NCBI GenBank assembly: GCA_050944155.1
Contig: JBMNQN010000002.1
Coordinates: 64,001-128,000, forward strand
From: Candidatus Methanomethylophilaceae archaeon
Lineage (GTDB): Archaea > Thermoplasmatota > Thermoplasmata > Methanomassiliicoccales > Methanomethylophilaceae
Reading direction: 5' to 3'
Length of the DNA: 64,000 nt
Shown here: piece after piece, positions 38,498 through 49,330 of the stretch
Layout of the letters: the number at the start of each line of letters is the position of its first letter
How positions within the stretch are numbered: position 1 is the first letter of the stretch
Notes under the pieces: model-generated
What the model was told of the DNA's origin: nothing
What the model saw: only the letters and a program-made list of their open reading frames with translations
Databases searched by the model: none
Program-made: the position numbers and the translations under genes

Positions 38498-39239
38498 ACT
38501 CCCTCACCAGTTTTTCGTAAACTCTTTCCGCCACTGCCGTAAGGTTAACCGTATCGGCTCTGTTGTATTCGATCAGTGTGTTCAGTGCGTCCCTGTCTCC
38601 GAAATCGTCCCACTTTTTCCAGAGCATTACGGCTTCGAAACCGTCCACCCCCTTTATTTCCTCGTCCCTGGAAATCCCCATCTGGCTCTCTATGATTTTC
38701 AGACCCCCCCTGTATCCCGCTTTTCTTGCTCCGAATCTCAGATCGAAGTGGGGGTACTCCAAATCCAGCGTCGGGAAGCTTTCCCTGAGGACGGGAATGT
38801 CGAAACAGCTTCCGTTGAAAGTTACCAGCATGGAGACTCCGTCCAAAGCGTCGGAGAGGGTTCCGGCGTCCAAATCCTTACCCTGGGTCAGCGTGACGGT
38901 ATCTTTTTCGGTATGAATCGTGACGACGGTGACAAGAGATGTTCTTTCGAGTCCGTCCGTCTCTATATCCAGATAGGCGGCGTTCTTTCCGAATTCGCCG
39001 AACAGACGCCATCTTTCGGATCCGGGAAGCATATCGTTCAGACCCGCAGCGTCTCCGGAATCCAGAAGTTCTTCGGCTTCGAGTATGGCGGCGTCGCACT
39101 TCTTTTTAAATCCTGCGGAAACGTGGCTCACGCTGTCCGCGGAGAGAAAATCGTCCCAATCCCTGATTCCGGATTCCCAAATGCGTTTTTCCTTCTTCAC
39201 CCCGATGGACGGAGCGATGCTGAAGGTGTGTCTGATCAT
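38478..39239 (-). CDS. RNase H-like (YprB-type) exonuclease
   Basis: LDIET, TFNG..FD.P, HFDL, YN..D. Confidence 0.88.
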   Translation of the reverse strand: MIRHTFSIAPSIGVKKEKRIWESGIRDWDDFLSADSVSHVSAGFKKKCDAAILEAEELLDSGDAAGLNDMLPGSERWRLFGEFGKNAAYLDIETDGLERTSLVTVVTIHTEKDTVTLTQGKDLDAGTLSDALDGVSMLVTFNGSCFDIPVLRESFPTLDLEYPHFDLRFGARKAGYRGGLKIIESQMGISRDEEIKGVDGFEAVMLWKKWDDFGDRDALNTLIEYNRADTVNLTAVAERVYEKLVREYAGFVW

Positions 39240-39323
39240 CGGTTACGGCTATGTCGGTTCGCCTAATAACGTTGCCGTCCCCCGATGCGCGGAGTTATTA
39301 GCCCGTCCGGCATTAGGTCCGTC

Positions 39324-40040
39324 ATGCATACCTGCGAAATCCTGCCGGGAGTCGTCATAACCGACGACAGATGCGTTCTTCTGGACGAAGGGCGCACCGC
39401 GGCAATCGGAGATCTGCATCTCGGATACGAAAGGGCGCTGGAGGACGAAGGACTCTACCTTCCGAGAATCAACACGGGAACCATCAGGGACGCCCTGAAC
39501 GGAATCATAGGCCGTTACGAACCGGAAAGGATAGTTCTGTTGGGAGACATCAAACACGATTTCCGCCGTTCGCAGTCGGAACCCGCCCGGGAGATAAGGG
39601 AGATAATCGGACTCATATCAGAGGCCGCGGAAGCGGTTCTGGTCCGGGGCAACCACGACAACTACATCCAGAACATACTGGCGGGGATGGGAGTCGATGC
39701 GGTTTCTTCGGTGGATATCGCCGGATTCAGACTGGAACACGGGCATGTCGATTCCGGGATAAGGCCGGTAATAATCGGGCACGAACACCCGGCGGTAAGA
39801 ATCCCCGGCCCCAACGGGATGAAACTCCAGTGTTTCGTGCTGGCAAGGAAAGAGGGAGTTCTGGTGGTTCCTCCGTTCAGCCCCATGTCTCCCGGAAACG
39901 ATCTGCTTTCCGAAGACGCCGTCATGGCTCCCGCCCTGCAGAAATGCGATTTGGGAAAGGCGGAGATATACGGAGTTTCCGAGCTGGGCATTTTCCCTCT
40001 CGGAGATCTTTCAGGTCTGGCGGACATGGAAATGCGCTGA
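39324..40040 (+). CDS. Calcineurin-like metallophosphoesterase
   Basis: DLHLG, GD, GNHD, HGH, GHEH. Confidence 0.92.
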   Translation: MHTCEILPGVVITDDRCVLLDEGRTAAIGDLHLGYERALEDEGLYLPRINTGTIRDALNGIIGRYEPERIVLLGDIKHDFRRSQSEPAREIREIIGLISEAAEAVLVRGNHDNYIQNILAGMGVDAVSSVDIAGFRLEHGHVDSGIRPVIIGHEHPAVRIPGPNGMKLQCFVLARKEGVLVVPPFSPMSPGNDLLSEDAVMAPALQKCDLGKAEIYGVSELGIFPLGDLSGLADMEMR

Positions 40041-40114
40041 CGCGGTTAACGCTGTTTCCGCGAACCTTGGGATTAAATAATAAGATAGTATTCTAACCCG
40101 CAGGAGAATATATC

Positions 40115-41146
40115 ATGACAATGACTCCAAGAGACAGAGTGCTTGCAGCAATGAAGAAAGAGAAACTCGACAGACCTCCCGTTGCCATCTTCACACAGTC
40201 CGCAACCGTCGGACAGATGGACAAAGTCGGCGCGGCATGGCCCGAGGCTCACAAGTCTGCAGAGCTTATGGCAAAACTGGGAGCGGCCCAGGCCGACGTT
40301 CACGGCTTCGAGTGCTGCAGAGCCCCCTTCTGCCTTACCGCGGAAGCCGAGAGACTCGGCTGCGTAGTGCAGGTAGACAAGAAAGAAGCTTCCCCTATGA
40401 TTAAGAAGCACCCCTTCAAATTCGACCCCATGTCCGAGGAATATGACTCCCCCGACGGACTCATGTCCCCCGAAGAATTCATCGCCGGCGGAAGGCCCGC
40501 CGAAGCAATCAAAGCCATGGGAATCATGAAGAAGACCCACGGCGAGAAATACGCAATCGTTGCCGGAAACACCGGACCGTTCACGCTTGCCGGACACATG
40601 GTCAGCACCGAGAACCTTGTTTTCGGAATGATGATGGCTCCCGACCAGGTCACCAAATGGGTAGAGGGAGTTACTCCCATATGCAAAGCGTACACCCAGG
40701 CCCTCATCGACAACGGTGCAGACGTCGTTCAGATGTCCGAACCCACCGCGTCCACCGACATGATCGCACCCGACATGTTCGAGGATGCATCCGGAAAATA
40801 CGTCACCGAAGCTCTCGCATCCGTTAAGAACGGATTCTCCGTTCTCCACGTCTGCGGAGACACCTTGCCCATCCTCGAGATGATGGTTGCAACCGGCGTA
40901 ACCGGAATATCCATCGAAGAGAAAGTCAACCCCTTCAAAGCTTACGAGCATGTCGGAGGAAAGACCGTTCTCGTAGGAAACGTCGGATCCGTCAGACCTC
41001 TGTTCCAGGGAACCCCCCAGGAAGTCATGGAGAAGACGAAGGAATCCGTCGAAGCGGGCTTCAACGTGATTTCGTCCGGATGCGGTATCGCCGCAGAAAC
41101 CAGCGACGAAAACATGCTCGCCATGGTCAAAGCCGTTAAGGGATAA
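40115..41146 (+). CDS. mtaA: Methylcobamide:coenzyme M methyltransferase (MtaA/MtbA family)
   Basis: UroD fold; EAE.LG, GPFTLA, LHVCG and SSGCG Zn ligands; strong codon bias. Confidence 0.9.
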   Translation: MTMTPRDRVLAAMKKEKLDRPPVAIFTQSATVGQMDKVGAAWPEAHKSAELMAKLGAAQADVHGFECCRAPFCLTAEAERLGCVVQVDKKEASPMIKKHPFKFDPMSEEYDSPDGLMSPEEFIAGGRPAEAIKAMGIMKKTHGEKYAIVAGNTGPFTLAGHMVSTENLVFGMMMAPDQVTKWVEGVTPICKAYTQALIDNGADVVQMSEPTASTDMIAPDMFEDASGKYVTEALASVKNGFSVLHVCGDTLPILEMMVATGVTGISIEEKVNPFKAYEHVGGKTVLVGNVGSVRPLFQGTPQEVMEKTKESVEAGFNVISSGCGIAAETSDENMLAMVKAVKG

Positions 41147-41187
41147 ACGCATCCCGACGGCCCGACCGATCAAACTTCTTAATTGCC

Positions 41188-41207
41188 TCCGGCAGTTTTC
41201 TGCCGGA
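41188..41207 (+). terminator. Hairpin downstream of mtaA
   Basis: TCCGGCAG-TTTT-CTGCCGGA perfect 8-bp stem. Confidence 0.5.
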
Positions 41208-41292
41208 ATACCGGCTTATCTACGGAAAAGCCAGGTCCGTAATTTTTTCCGGTTCCGATATCTTTATCGTGATATTTCGCCTTAAGATTGTT

Positions 41293-42003
41293 ATGACGGA
41301 ATATCTTGCCAAAAATGCGTTCTATGCGGACAGAATAAAGACCGTTATAAAAACGAAGTACGAGCCCGTTGCCATAAGGCTGATACGGGAGGGAGAAGAT
41401 TTTCCCGGCGGATACGTTAAGCCCGAAAAACAGATGTCCCATTGTCAGGCCGTAATGCGTGCGAGAAAAGGCGAGCGCATAACCCTGAAGGCCGAGGACA
41501 GCAGCTGCCGCGTGGGTGCGTCCGCTCTCGGAATGAGCGAAACGCCCGACGGAGTAGCAGACGGCACGTTCCATTACAACCTGGGTGCTTACGCGTCTCC
41601 GGAAGCTGCCGCGGAAACGATTTCCCAGAGACTGATTCCCAAGGAAAAGATAATCGGAGAAATCCTGGTCCCTCTGAAAGACGCGGACTTCGAGCCCGAC
41701 GTCGTCGCAATCGTGGACATTCCCGAAAGAATCTACTGGGTCGTGCCCCTGTCCACCGTGGACAAAGGGGGCAGAGTGGAGTTCAGCACTTCCGCGTTCC
41801 AATGCGCCTGCGAAGACATAACCGTGATACCCATGATAACCCAGCGTCTGAACATTTCCCTCGGGTGCTACGGAAGCCGCAGGAGAACGGACATGGGGCC
41901 GGAAGAGATGGCTCTCGGGATTCCTTACGGGATGATCGAAGGATTCATGCCGCACCTCGAAAAGTACGAATCCGGAATCATGACCAAGGCTAAACGCGAC
42001 TGA
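41293..42003 (+). CDS. DUF169-family protein
   Basis: PVAI, HCQ...AR.G, C..GA..LG, PDVV, C.C, SLGC.GSR. Confidence 0.82.
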   Translation: MTEYLAKNAFYADRIKTVIKTKYEPVAIRLIREGEDFPGGYVKPEKQMSHCQAVMRARKGERITLKAEDSSCRVGASALGMSETPDGVADGTFHYNLGAYASPEAAAETISQRLIPKEKIIGEILVPLKDADFEPDVVAIVDIPERIYWVVPLSTVDKGGRVEFSTSAFQCACEDITVIPMITQRLNISLGCYGSRRRTDMGPEEMALGIPYGMIEGFMPHLEKYESGIMTKAKRD

Positions 42004-42118
42004 AATATTTTTATTCGGTCCCACTTATTATTTTCTTTATATACTCGGTAACACGGTTTCGGGCTAAAATATGCGTATTTCTTTTATTTTGTTAGAAATT
42101 AGCCCCGTTTATGGGTGA

Positions 42119-42128
42119 GTTTTATATT
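42119..42128 (+). promoter_or_regulatory. TATA box of the mcr operon
   Basis: GTTTTATATT about 75 nt upstream of mcrB; GGAGGT SD. Confidence 0.6.
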
Positions 42129-42201
42129 ACGATACCAAGTTACGCGCTCTGCAAGGGGCCGCGGGAACCTTATCCCGCAGAAGAAAGAACGGAGGTAAAA
42201 A

Positions 42202-43530
42202 ATGCCAAAATACGAGGACGTAATTGACTTGTATGACGACAGGGGAAAACGCATAGCCAAAGACATTCCCCTCGAAGCCATCAGTCCGTTGCGCAACAAG
42301 GCAATCCAGAGGATTGCGGACCTCACCAAGAGGACCTGTGCCGTCAACCTTGCCGGTATCGAGAAAGCTCTCAAGACCGGAAACATGATGGGCATGTCCA
42401 TCAAAGGTAAGGAAATCGACATACCCCTGGTAGCCAACGCGGAAAAGGTTGCGAAAGCAGTCAAAGAGATGATTCAGGTAGTACCCGACGACGACACCGT
42501 CGTCAAAGTGAAATCTGGCGGAAAGAACCTTATTGTGGTGCTTCCCGACGCCAGAGCCAACGTGGGTATCGAATACACCACCGGTTTCACCAGCACGGCA
42601 GCGGCAGTTACCGAAGCGATCATCGATATTTTCGATGTTCCCATGTACAAAGCCAACATGGTAAAGGGAGCCGTATGGGGATCTTACCCCCAGACCGTCA
42701 ACTTCGCCGGATCCAACATCAAATCGATCCTTGAAGTTCCCCAGAACAACGAAGGAGCCGGTTACGCTCTCAGGAACATCATGTCCAACCACGTGGTCGC
42801 GCTCGTCGACAGGAACGCCATGCAGGGTGTTGCTCTGTCTTCGATTTTCGAGCAGACCGCTTCCTTTGAAATGGGAGACGCCGTGGGACCCTTCGAGAGA
42901 GGACACCTCCTCGGACTCGCTTACCAGGGACTCAACGCCAACAACATGCTCTACTCCATAGTCAAAAAGAACGGAAAGACCGGAACCGTCGGAACCGTTA
43001 TCGAATCCCTTATGGAGAGAGCCATCGACGACGGAGTCATCCGTGTCAAAGAGACGCTCCCCTCGGGATACAAGATTTACACCACCGATGACCTCATGAA
43101 ATGGAACGCCTACGCCGCTGTCGGACAGGTTGCCGCCGTTATGGTCAACGTCGGAGCCGCGAGAGCCGCTCAGGGTGTACCTTCCACCATTCTGTACTAC
43201 AACGACCTTCTCGAGCACGAAACCGGACTCCCCGGTGTCGACTACGGAAGATCCATGGGTGTCTGTGTGGGAATGTCGTTCTTCTCTCACTCCATCTACG
43301 GAGGAGGAGGACCCGGTCTGTTCCACGGAAACCACGTCGTTACCAGACACTCCAAAGGCGTACTGATTCCCGCCGTCACTGCAGGAAACTGCCTGGACGG
43401 AGGAACCCAGACTTTCTCGGCCGAGGCCACTTCCGGTCTCTTCAAGGAAGTCTTCGGAGACATGGACGAATTCCGTCACCCCATTCAGGTAGTGGCGGCA
43501 GAGGCTAAGAAAATAAAGAACAAGGTCTGA
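42202..43530 (+). CDS. mcrB: Methyl-coenzyme M reductase beta subunit
   Basis: [37 protein letters not shown]. Confidence 0.99.
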   Translation: MPKYEDVIDLYDDRGKRIAKDIPLEAISPLRNKAIQRIADLTKRTCAVNLAGIEKALKTGNMMGMSIKGKEIDIPLVANAEKVAKAVKEMIQVVPDDDTVVKVKSGGKNLIVVLPDARANVGIEYTTGFTSTAAAVTEAIIDIFDVPMYKANMVKGAVWGSYPQTVNFAGSNIKSILEVPQNNEGAGYALRNIMSNHVVALVDRNAMQGVALSSIFEQTASFEMGDAVGPFERGHLLGLAYQGLNANNMLYSIVKKNGKTGTVGTVIESLMERAIDDGVIRVKETLPSGYKIYTTDDLMKWNAYAAVGQVAAVMVNVGAARAAQGVPSTILYYNDLLEHETGLPGVDYGRSMGVCVGMSFFSHSIYGGGGPGLFHGNHVVTRHSKGVLIPAVTAGNCLDGGTQTFSAEATSGLFKEVFGDMDEFRHPIQVVAAEAKKIKNKV

Positions 43531-43535
43531 GTCGT

Positions 43536-43964
43536 ATGCCGATGAAACCCCCGACGGAATACGCAGGAGTGCCCCTTCCTGAAGTAAGGGTCGTCACCAA
43601 CCGTCTCCTTAACGCGGAGACAACCGAGAAAGTCCTTAACGGACTCGAAAAAATAGAAAATATCAGACAGGTCAACGTTTCGGGCGAAAGTCTGCCCGCA
43701 AAGATAAACAGCGGCCCCAACAAGGGACTGGACAACAACCATCCCCAGCGCCGCATTATAAACGTCTCCGGCAGAGAGGTCGAACTCAGATGCCAGGTCG
43801 GATATTTCTTCATCGAACTCGAGGTTGAAGACGAGGAAGCGCTCGACGCGGCCGTCGAAAAGATCAAAGCAGTGTGCGATGAACACATCGAGCACGGATT
43901 CAGCATTGATCTGGGAAGATATTCGAAATACAGAACCAGCCTTAATGACTACAAAGGTGTATAA
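43536..43964 (+). CDS. mcrD: MCR operon protein D
   Basis: RLL.AETTEK.LN, GESLP....GP.KG; position between mcrB and mcrG. Confidence 0.93.
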   Translation: MPMKPPTEYAGVPLPEVRVVTNRLLNAETTEKVLNGLEKIENIRQVNVSGESLPAKINSGPNKGLDNNHPQRRIINVSGREVELRCQVGYFFIELEVEDEEALDAAVEKIKAVCDEHIEHGFSIDLGRYSKYRTSLNDYKGV

Positions 43965-43965
43965 T

Positions 43966-44739
43966 ATGGCTTATTCAAGACAGTTCTACCCTGGAGAATC
44001 CAGCCCCGCGAAAGCTAGACGCAGGATTATGGACCCCAAAGTAAAACTGAAGAAACTCCGCGACGTCCCCATAGAGGATGTCGTAAGGCTTATGGGACAC
44101 CGCAACCCCGGAGAGGATTACAGAGCAATCCACCCGCCCATCGAGGAAGGCTCCGAGCCCGACTGCCCCATAAGAAAATTGGTCACCCCCATCGAGGGTG
44201 CAAAACACGGCGACAGGATCAGGTACATCCAGTTCACTGACTCTGTTTACTTCGCGCCCGTATCTCCCTACCAGAGGGCGTGGATGTATCTCTCCAGGCA
44301 CAGAGGAATCGATACCGGTACTCTGTCCGGAAGACAGATCATTGAAGTGAGGGAAAGAGACCTCGAGAAACTCGCCAAAGAGTACATAGACAACGAAACC
44401 TTCGACCCGGCTCTTACCGGAATAAGGGGAGCTACCGTCCATGGACACGCATGCCGTCTCGACGAGAACGGACTGATGTTCGACGCGTGGCAGAGATACA
44501 TCTGGGACGACCAGAAGAAAGAAGTCTGCTACGTCAAAGACCAGGTTGCTCTGCCCCTCGACAAGAAGATCTACCTCGGAAAGCCCGCGTCCATGGAAGA
44601 CCTCAGGAAGAGGACGACCATCTTCAGAGCCGACGGCGTAGACATGCTTGACGACAAAGAGGTTTCCAAATACCAGCACAGAATCCACAAGCTGAGGACT
44701 CTCGGCGGATTCAGACCCTTCAAGGTAAAGGGAGAGTGA
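43966..44739 (+). CDS. mcrG: Methyl-coenzyme M reductase gamma subunit
   Basis: [36 protein letters not shown]. Confidence 0.99.
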   Translation: MAYSRQFYPGESSPAKARRRIMDPKVKLKKLRDVPIEDVVRLMGHRNPGEDYRAIHPPIEEGSEPDCPIRKLVTPIEGAKHGDRIRYIQFTDSVYFAPVSPYQRAWMYLSRHRGIDTGTLSGRQIIEVRERDLEKLAKEYIDNETFDPALTGIRGATVHGHACRLDENGLMFDAWQRYIWDDQKKEVCYVKDQVALPLDKKIYLGKPASMEDLRKRTTIFRADGVDMLDDKEVSKYQHRIHKLRTLGGFRPFKVKGE

Positions 44740-44744
44740 AATCA

Positions 44745-46403
44745 ATGGCAGAGAAAGAGAAACTTTTCATGGAAGCCTGTAAGAAGAAATTCAAAGAGGC
44801 TCCCACAGAGATGGACACCACGTACTACAACTACGGCGGTTGGAAACAGTCCAAGAGCAAGGTGGAGTTCCAGAAAGAAGCGATGAAGATCGCCGAGAAG
44901 CGCGGATTCCCCATGATGAACGAGGACATAGGAGTTCCTCTCGGACAGAGGTCCTGGATGCCCTACCAGCTGTCCCACACGGACATGTTCGTAGAGCCCG
45001 ATGACCTCCACTGCATCAACAACCCTGCTATCCAGCAGGCCTGGGACGACATCAGAAGGACCATCCTCGTCGGACTCGACTCTCCTCACCAGACCATCGA
45101 GAAAAGGCTCGGAAAAGAAGTCACCCCCGAGACGATCAACTCTTACCTGGAGACGGTTAACCACACCATCCCCGGAGGAGCGGTCGTTCAGGAGCACATG
45201 GCGGAAGTCAACCCCGCTCTCGTGTACGACTCTTACGTAAAGGTCTTCTCCGGAGACGACGAACTGATCGACGAGCTCGACAAGAGATTCGTCATCGACA
45301 TCAACAAGCTCTTCCCCGAAGACCAGGCCGAGCAGCTCAAGAAAGCAATCGGAAAAACTCTGATGCAGGCTGCCCGTGTTCCCTCCATAGTCGGAAGGGT
45401 CATGGACGGTGCCACCACATCCAGGCACGCCGCCATGCAGATTTCGATGGCTTTCATCTCTTCGTACAAACTGGCTGCCGGAGAAGCCGCAATCGCCGAC
45501 TTCGCATATTCCGCAAAGCACCAGTCCATCACGATGGGTACCATGATGCCCGCAAGGCGTGCCAGAGGACCCAACGAGCCCGGAGGAATCAAGTTCGGAT
45601 ACATGGCCGACATAGCCCAGTCCGACCGTGTTTACCCCGACGACCCCGGACGCGCAGCCCTTGAAGCCGTCGCGCTGGGAGCCATCATCTACGATCAGGT
45701 CTACCTCGGCGGATACATGTCCGGAGGTGTCGGATTCACCCAGTACGCAACTGCGGCATACACCGACAACATCCTCGAGGACTATGTGTACTACGCCATA
45801 GACCAGATTAAGAGCAAATACGGAGGATTATGCAAACTTGACCCCACCGACTACGAGGAAATAATGAACCTCGCGGAAGACGTCAACACCTACTCTCTCA
45901 GCATGTACGAGAAGTACCCCGCCGTCATGGAAACCCACTTCGGCGGATCTCAGAGAGCAACCGTTGCCGCCGCGTCCACCGGTATCGCCGGTGCGATGGC
46001 TACCGGTGTTGCCGACTGCGGTCTCAACTGCTGGTACTACTCCATGCTCGAGCACAAAGAGAGGACCGGAAGACTCGGATTCTACGGATTCGACCTTCAG
46101 GACCAGTGCGGTTCCGCCAACTCCTTCGCGTACAGATCTGACGAGGGTCTGCCCATGGAAGCCCGCGGTCCGAACTACCCCAACTACGCAATGAACGTCG
46201 GTCACCTTTCCGGATACACCGGAATTCCCAAGGCAGCCCACGTAGCCCGCGGCGACGCTTTCACAGCCAACCCGTTCGTACGTGTCGCTTTCGCAGACCC
46301 CTCGCTCCAGTTTGACTTCGCGAACATCACGAAGGAAATCGGACGCGGCGGACTCAGGGAATTCATGCCTGCCGGCGAGAGAACCGCGGTCATCAAGGGA
46401 TGA
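44745..46403 (+). CDS. mcrA: Methyl-coenzyme M reductase alpha subunit
   Basis: [51 protein letters not shown]. Confidence 0.99.
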   Translation: MAEKEKLFMEACKKKFKEAPTEMDTTYYNYGGWKQSKSKVEFQKEAMKIAEKRGFPMMNEDIGVPLGQRSWMPYQLSHTDMFVEPDDLHCINNPAIQQAWDDIRRTILVGLDSPHQTIEKRLGKEVTPETINSYLETVNHTIPGGAVVQEHMAEVNPALVYDSYVKVFSGDDELIDELDKRFVIDINKLFPEDQAEQLKKAIGKTLMQAARVPSIVGRVMDGATTSRHAAMQISMAFISSYKLAAGEAAIADFAYSAKHQSITMGTMMPARRARGPNEPGGIKFGYMADIAQSDRVYPDDPGRAALEAVALGAIIYDQVYLGGYMSGGVGFTQYATAAYTDNILEDYVYYAIDQIKSKYGGLCKLDPTDYEEIMNLAEDVNTYSLSMYEKYPAVMETHFGGSQRATVAAASTGIAGAMATGVADCGLNCWYYSMLEHKERTGRLGFYGFDLQDQCGSANSFAYRSDEGLPMEARGPNYPNYAMNVGHLSGYTGIPKAAHVARGDAFTANPFVRVAFADPSLQFDFANITKEIGRGGLREFMPAGERTAVIKG

Positions 46404-46407
46404 TTCG

Positions 46408-46686
46408 GTGCAGGTAGGAGATTTCGCCAAATACCTTCCCACATCAACGGTCGGGAAGATAACCGAGATAAAGGAGGTCGACGGAAAAGTCTGGATCAGA
46501 CTTGACTATACCGGCCTCTACTACGGCTCGGAATATCTCATACCGGCCGAAGAGTCGGAATACAGCCCAATCTCCTACAAAGAGCGCGAAAAGAAGTTCG
46601 AAGGAAGGATGCAGAGTATCGAGGAAGCCGCAAAAACCGCGCGCGAAGTCGATATTTCCGAATTCATGCCTTCGGGCGGCGGATAA
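46408..46686 (+). CDS. DUF2098-family protein
   Basis: VG..Y..T.T.G.I, W..LD.T.LYY, C-terminal GGG; directly after mcrA; GTG start inferred. Confidence 0.78.
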   Translation: MQVGDFAKYLPTSTVGKITEIKEVDGKVWIRLDYTGLYYGSEYLIPAEESEYSPISYKEREKKFEGRMQSIEEAAKTAREVDISEFMPSGGG

Positions 46687-46720
46687 ACCTTTTACCCCAA
46701 ACTTTATTTTTTTTCCTTTT
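46687..46720 (+). terminator. Oligo-T terminator of the mcr operon
   Basis: ACCTTTT...CTTTATTTTTTTCCTTTT directly after the DUF2098 stop. Confidence 0.6.
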
Positions 46721-46902
46721 CCGGACTGTTTCGTACGCATTCCGTTTCTTATTACGGAATTTCCGTATTGTAAATTTTTAACATTATAAGTCGGGATCCG
46801 TTCTCATTTTCGTCAAAGTAACAGTTTCCGAAGAGACGGTTTTTCTTTTTGACGGCGGGTCTTTCGTCGGTATTTTCTATATCTAATTGCATGGGGCGAA
46901 AC

Positions 46903-47463
46903 ATGGTAACAATATCCTACGAATCATTCAAGGGGAAGCCCGTAATCAGCAGCGACGCTTACGAAATAGGGAAGGTAGCGGACGCGAATTTGGATTTGGA
47001 ATCATGGAACGTCCGCTCCATAGCCGTAAAGGGCTCCAAAGCCGCCGGCGAAATTCTCGGAGGAGCGGTTTTCAGAAAACAGCAGTTCTCCATAAACATA
47101 GGACCTTACGAAATCAAAGACGTGGTTCTGATTCCCGAGAAACTGGAACAGCTGGGCACGGCAACCGTGGCGGAGTCCAGGGAATTCGAGAAGGCATCCG
47201 CCGTGATGGGCAAGAAAGTCGTGTCATCCGACATGATACCCATAGGAACCATTTCCGACATAGGAATCGATCTCGATATCTGGAGAGTCAACTCCTTCAA
47301 AGTGAAAATAGAGAAAAACGTCGCCGACGCGTTGGGTCTTAAACTGGGTATCCTGAACAAGACCGCGTCCGGTCTGCTCACGGCTCACATCAAATCCGTC
47401 ACGGAGACGGTGAACCTTTCGAGAAAGGTCGAAGACCTCCGCGGGAACTTCGTTATGGACTGA
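46903..47463 (+). CDS. Tandem PRC-barrel protein
   Basis: Two copies of GK.V.SSD...IG...D..LD...W.V....VK. Confidence 0.85.
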   Translation: MVTISYESFKGKPVISSDAYEIGKVADANLDLESWNVRSIAVKGSKAAGEILGGAVFRKQQFSINIGPYEIKDVVLIPEKLEQLGTATVAESREFEKASAVMGKKVVSSDMIPIGTISDIGIDLDIWRVNSFKVKIEKNVADALGLKLGILNKTASGLLTAHIKSVTETVNLSRKVEDLRGNFVMD

Positions 47464-48021
47464 TCAGGCGTCGTTGAAGGCTACGAGTATGGACGCAAGA
47501 CGGGGGTCGTCTTCGTAACCGTAGTAATCCTTGATCATCAGATCGCAGGTGGGTGCGGGACTGCATGAAATCACGTCTTTGCACCCGTTGCTTTCGTTGA
47601 GTTCCGGGAAGGATACAGGAGGCATGACGAAAGTCTCCTTTCCTTCTCCGGACACTTCGGGAAACAGAACGAAACCGTCGGAGAGCCAGATTACGTTGTC
47701 CTTTCCGTCGTACTGCTTGGCATTGAAGGGAAACACTTCGGTGCCCAGCAGGGTTCCTTCGGAATCCATGAGCACCACGGTGGCCTCGGGAGGGGGTCTG
47801 AAACGGGGATCTTTGATGATGCAAATGACGTGCTGCCTTTCCAGAGCTTCGTTGAACCCTCTGTTGTCCACGGCAATGTTTCCTCCGGCCGCACGGACGG
47901 TCATCTCTTCGTTCTTAACGTCGTTTATGATTTTGTCGTCCAGGTAGAAGCAGTGGACAACGCCTCTCATTTTTTTCACGATATCCAAAGGGCCTGCGGG
48001 GCCTTCCGTAACTTTGCTCAT
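47464..48021 (-). CDS. Hypothetical protein
   Basis: 185-aa ORF with host-like codon bias; several Cys (C-x4-C-x5-C near the C-terminus). Confidence 0.8.
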   Translation of the reverse strand: MSKVTEGPAGPLDIVKKMRGVVHCFYLDDKIINDVKNEEMTVRAAGGNIAVDNRGFNEALERQHVICIIKDPRFRPPPEATVVLMDSEGTLLGTEVFPFNAKQYDGKDNVIWLSDGFVLFPEVSGEGKETFVMPPVSFPELNESNGCKDVISCSPAPTCDLMIKDYYGYEDDPRLASILVAFNDA

Positions 48022-48030
48022 TCCTAAACC

Positions 48031-48360
48031 TCACTCAATCTTGATGCTGACGTCTCTCTTAAGACCCAGATCTCCTGCGACTTCGATTCCTTTTATCATC
48101 CCGCAGGGTACGGGACAGGCAGCGTGGGGAAGATACTTGGTTGCGAGCCTGTAAACTTCGGTTTCGCACATGGGCGCTTCCACTTCGGCGTAGGCGCTTA
48201 TGGGCTCCACGTTCCAGGACATCATAAGAACGTGCGGGCAGTCGGATTCGATCTTCAGCTCGATAAGACCCATATCGTTCTCTTTCGCCAGAATCACGGT
48301 TTTCATCTTGCATACGCCGGAATCGACGGTCACTTTGCATTCATTACTCATTGTCATCAT
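48031..48360 (-). CDS. Small Cys-rich protein (DUF6951-like)
   Basis: GVC...T.I, ESDC..V, H.ACPVPC. Confidence 0.75.
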   Translation of the reverse strand: MMTMSNECKVTVDSGVCKMKTVILAKENDMGLIELKIESDCPHVLMMSWNVEPISAYAEVEAPMCETEVYRLATKYLPHAACPVPCGMIKGIEVAGDLGLKRDVSIKIE

Positions 48361-49330
48361 TCCTTAGTCTGATAAGGTTGTTTACACCCGCCATGGTCCT
48401 GATGTCCACGACGCCTATGGCAGCGATGATGCGGTTGTCTAACTCTATGGGCGTGACTATTACTTTAATGCCTTTGTACGGGCCGGACGTCGCAACCTTC
48501 CTTATGGTGGTTCCCGCGTTAATCACTTCCTCCAGCACGGGTCCCGTGTAGGCGTTGTCGATGACCGTCCCGTTCTCTATCCTCAGGCCCAGGTTGTCTC
48601 TGCTTTTGGCGCACACGGGAAGTCCGCCCACCAGATCGTGGATGGCGAAAGCTAGAGACACGAGTTCGTTTCCGGAGCTTTTCGAAGTCAGAATGTCCTT
48701 CAGGTCCCGGTCGAACTGAAGTCCGCCGAGAAGTGCCAGTCCCGAAGTTACGGCACCCTCTTCCGCGGATTCCGGGGTCGGCCCCGTTCCGATGATGATG
48801 ACGTCTTCGTTCTTCACGGTCACGTTTTTCCAGACGATTTCTTCCACTGCCGGTTCCACCTGATAGTCGGAACCGGGAAACACGAGTCTTCCGTTGTTGC
48901 ACACGAGGGTGGTGGCTCCGGTTGCGCCGGCTTTTATGGCTATGTCCCGTTCCTCGCAGCCGTACTTCACCCTTCTGGCCATTTTGGGAATACGGACGGC
49001 GCAGTCGCATTCGCCGATTGTCAGGCCGGTCGGAGGGAGATGTCTTATCTCCATGTACACGGAATTGAAGCAGTTCATCCCTTTTTTGTTCAGAGAGACT
49101 CCGTTTTTGTTTGTATCGATAAGTTCGTGCTCGTTCAGAATCCCTATGATTGTTCTGGTGCTGCCTTCGCCGATTTCCAGGATCTGGGACAGTTTTTTGC
49201 GGCCGATGGGTTTGTTCTTTTCCAGACACTCCAACGCCTTCCATATGTGGTAGTCGTTAAATTTCGGAACCGGGCCGCCCGCTCCGCGGTTTCTCTGACT
49301 GAGCATATGGTTACATAGTACATCCATCAT
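48344..49330 (-). CDS. Winged-HTH / DUF2111 fusion protein
   Basis: N-terminal PIGRKKLSQILEIGEGSTRT wHTH; C-terminal IH.L...LPV...G.R.E.G..ID..YTGPVLE...GPYKG..V.V.P DUF2111 pattern. Confidence 0.8.
   Translation of the reverse strand: MMDVLCNHMLSQRNRGAGGPVPKFNDYHIWKALECLEKNKPIGRKKLSQILEIGEGSTRTIIGILNEHELIDTNKNGVSLNKKGMNCFNSVYMEIRHLPPTGLTIGECDCAVRIPKMARRVKYGCEERDIAIKAGATGATTLVCNNGRLVFPGSDYQVEPAVEEIVWKNVTVKNEDVIIIGTGPTPESAEEGAVTSGLALLGGLQFDRDLKDILTSKSSGNELVSLAFAIHDLVGGLPVCAKSRDNLGLRIENGTVIDNAYTGPVLEEVINAGTTIRKVATSGPYKGIKVIVTPIELDNRIIAAIGVVDIRTMAGVNNLIRLRNDDNE

Noticed and set aside
44745-46403. Possible alkyl-CoM reductase or divergent MCR
   Set aside because: Active-site segments [15 protein letters not shown] and Mcr[11 protein letters not shown] are canonical for methane-type MCR
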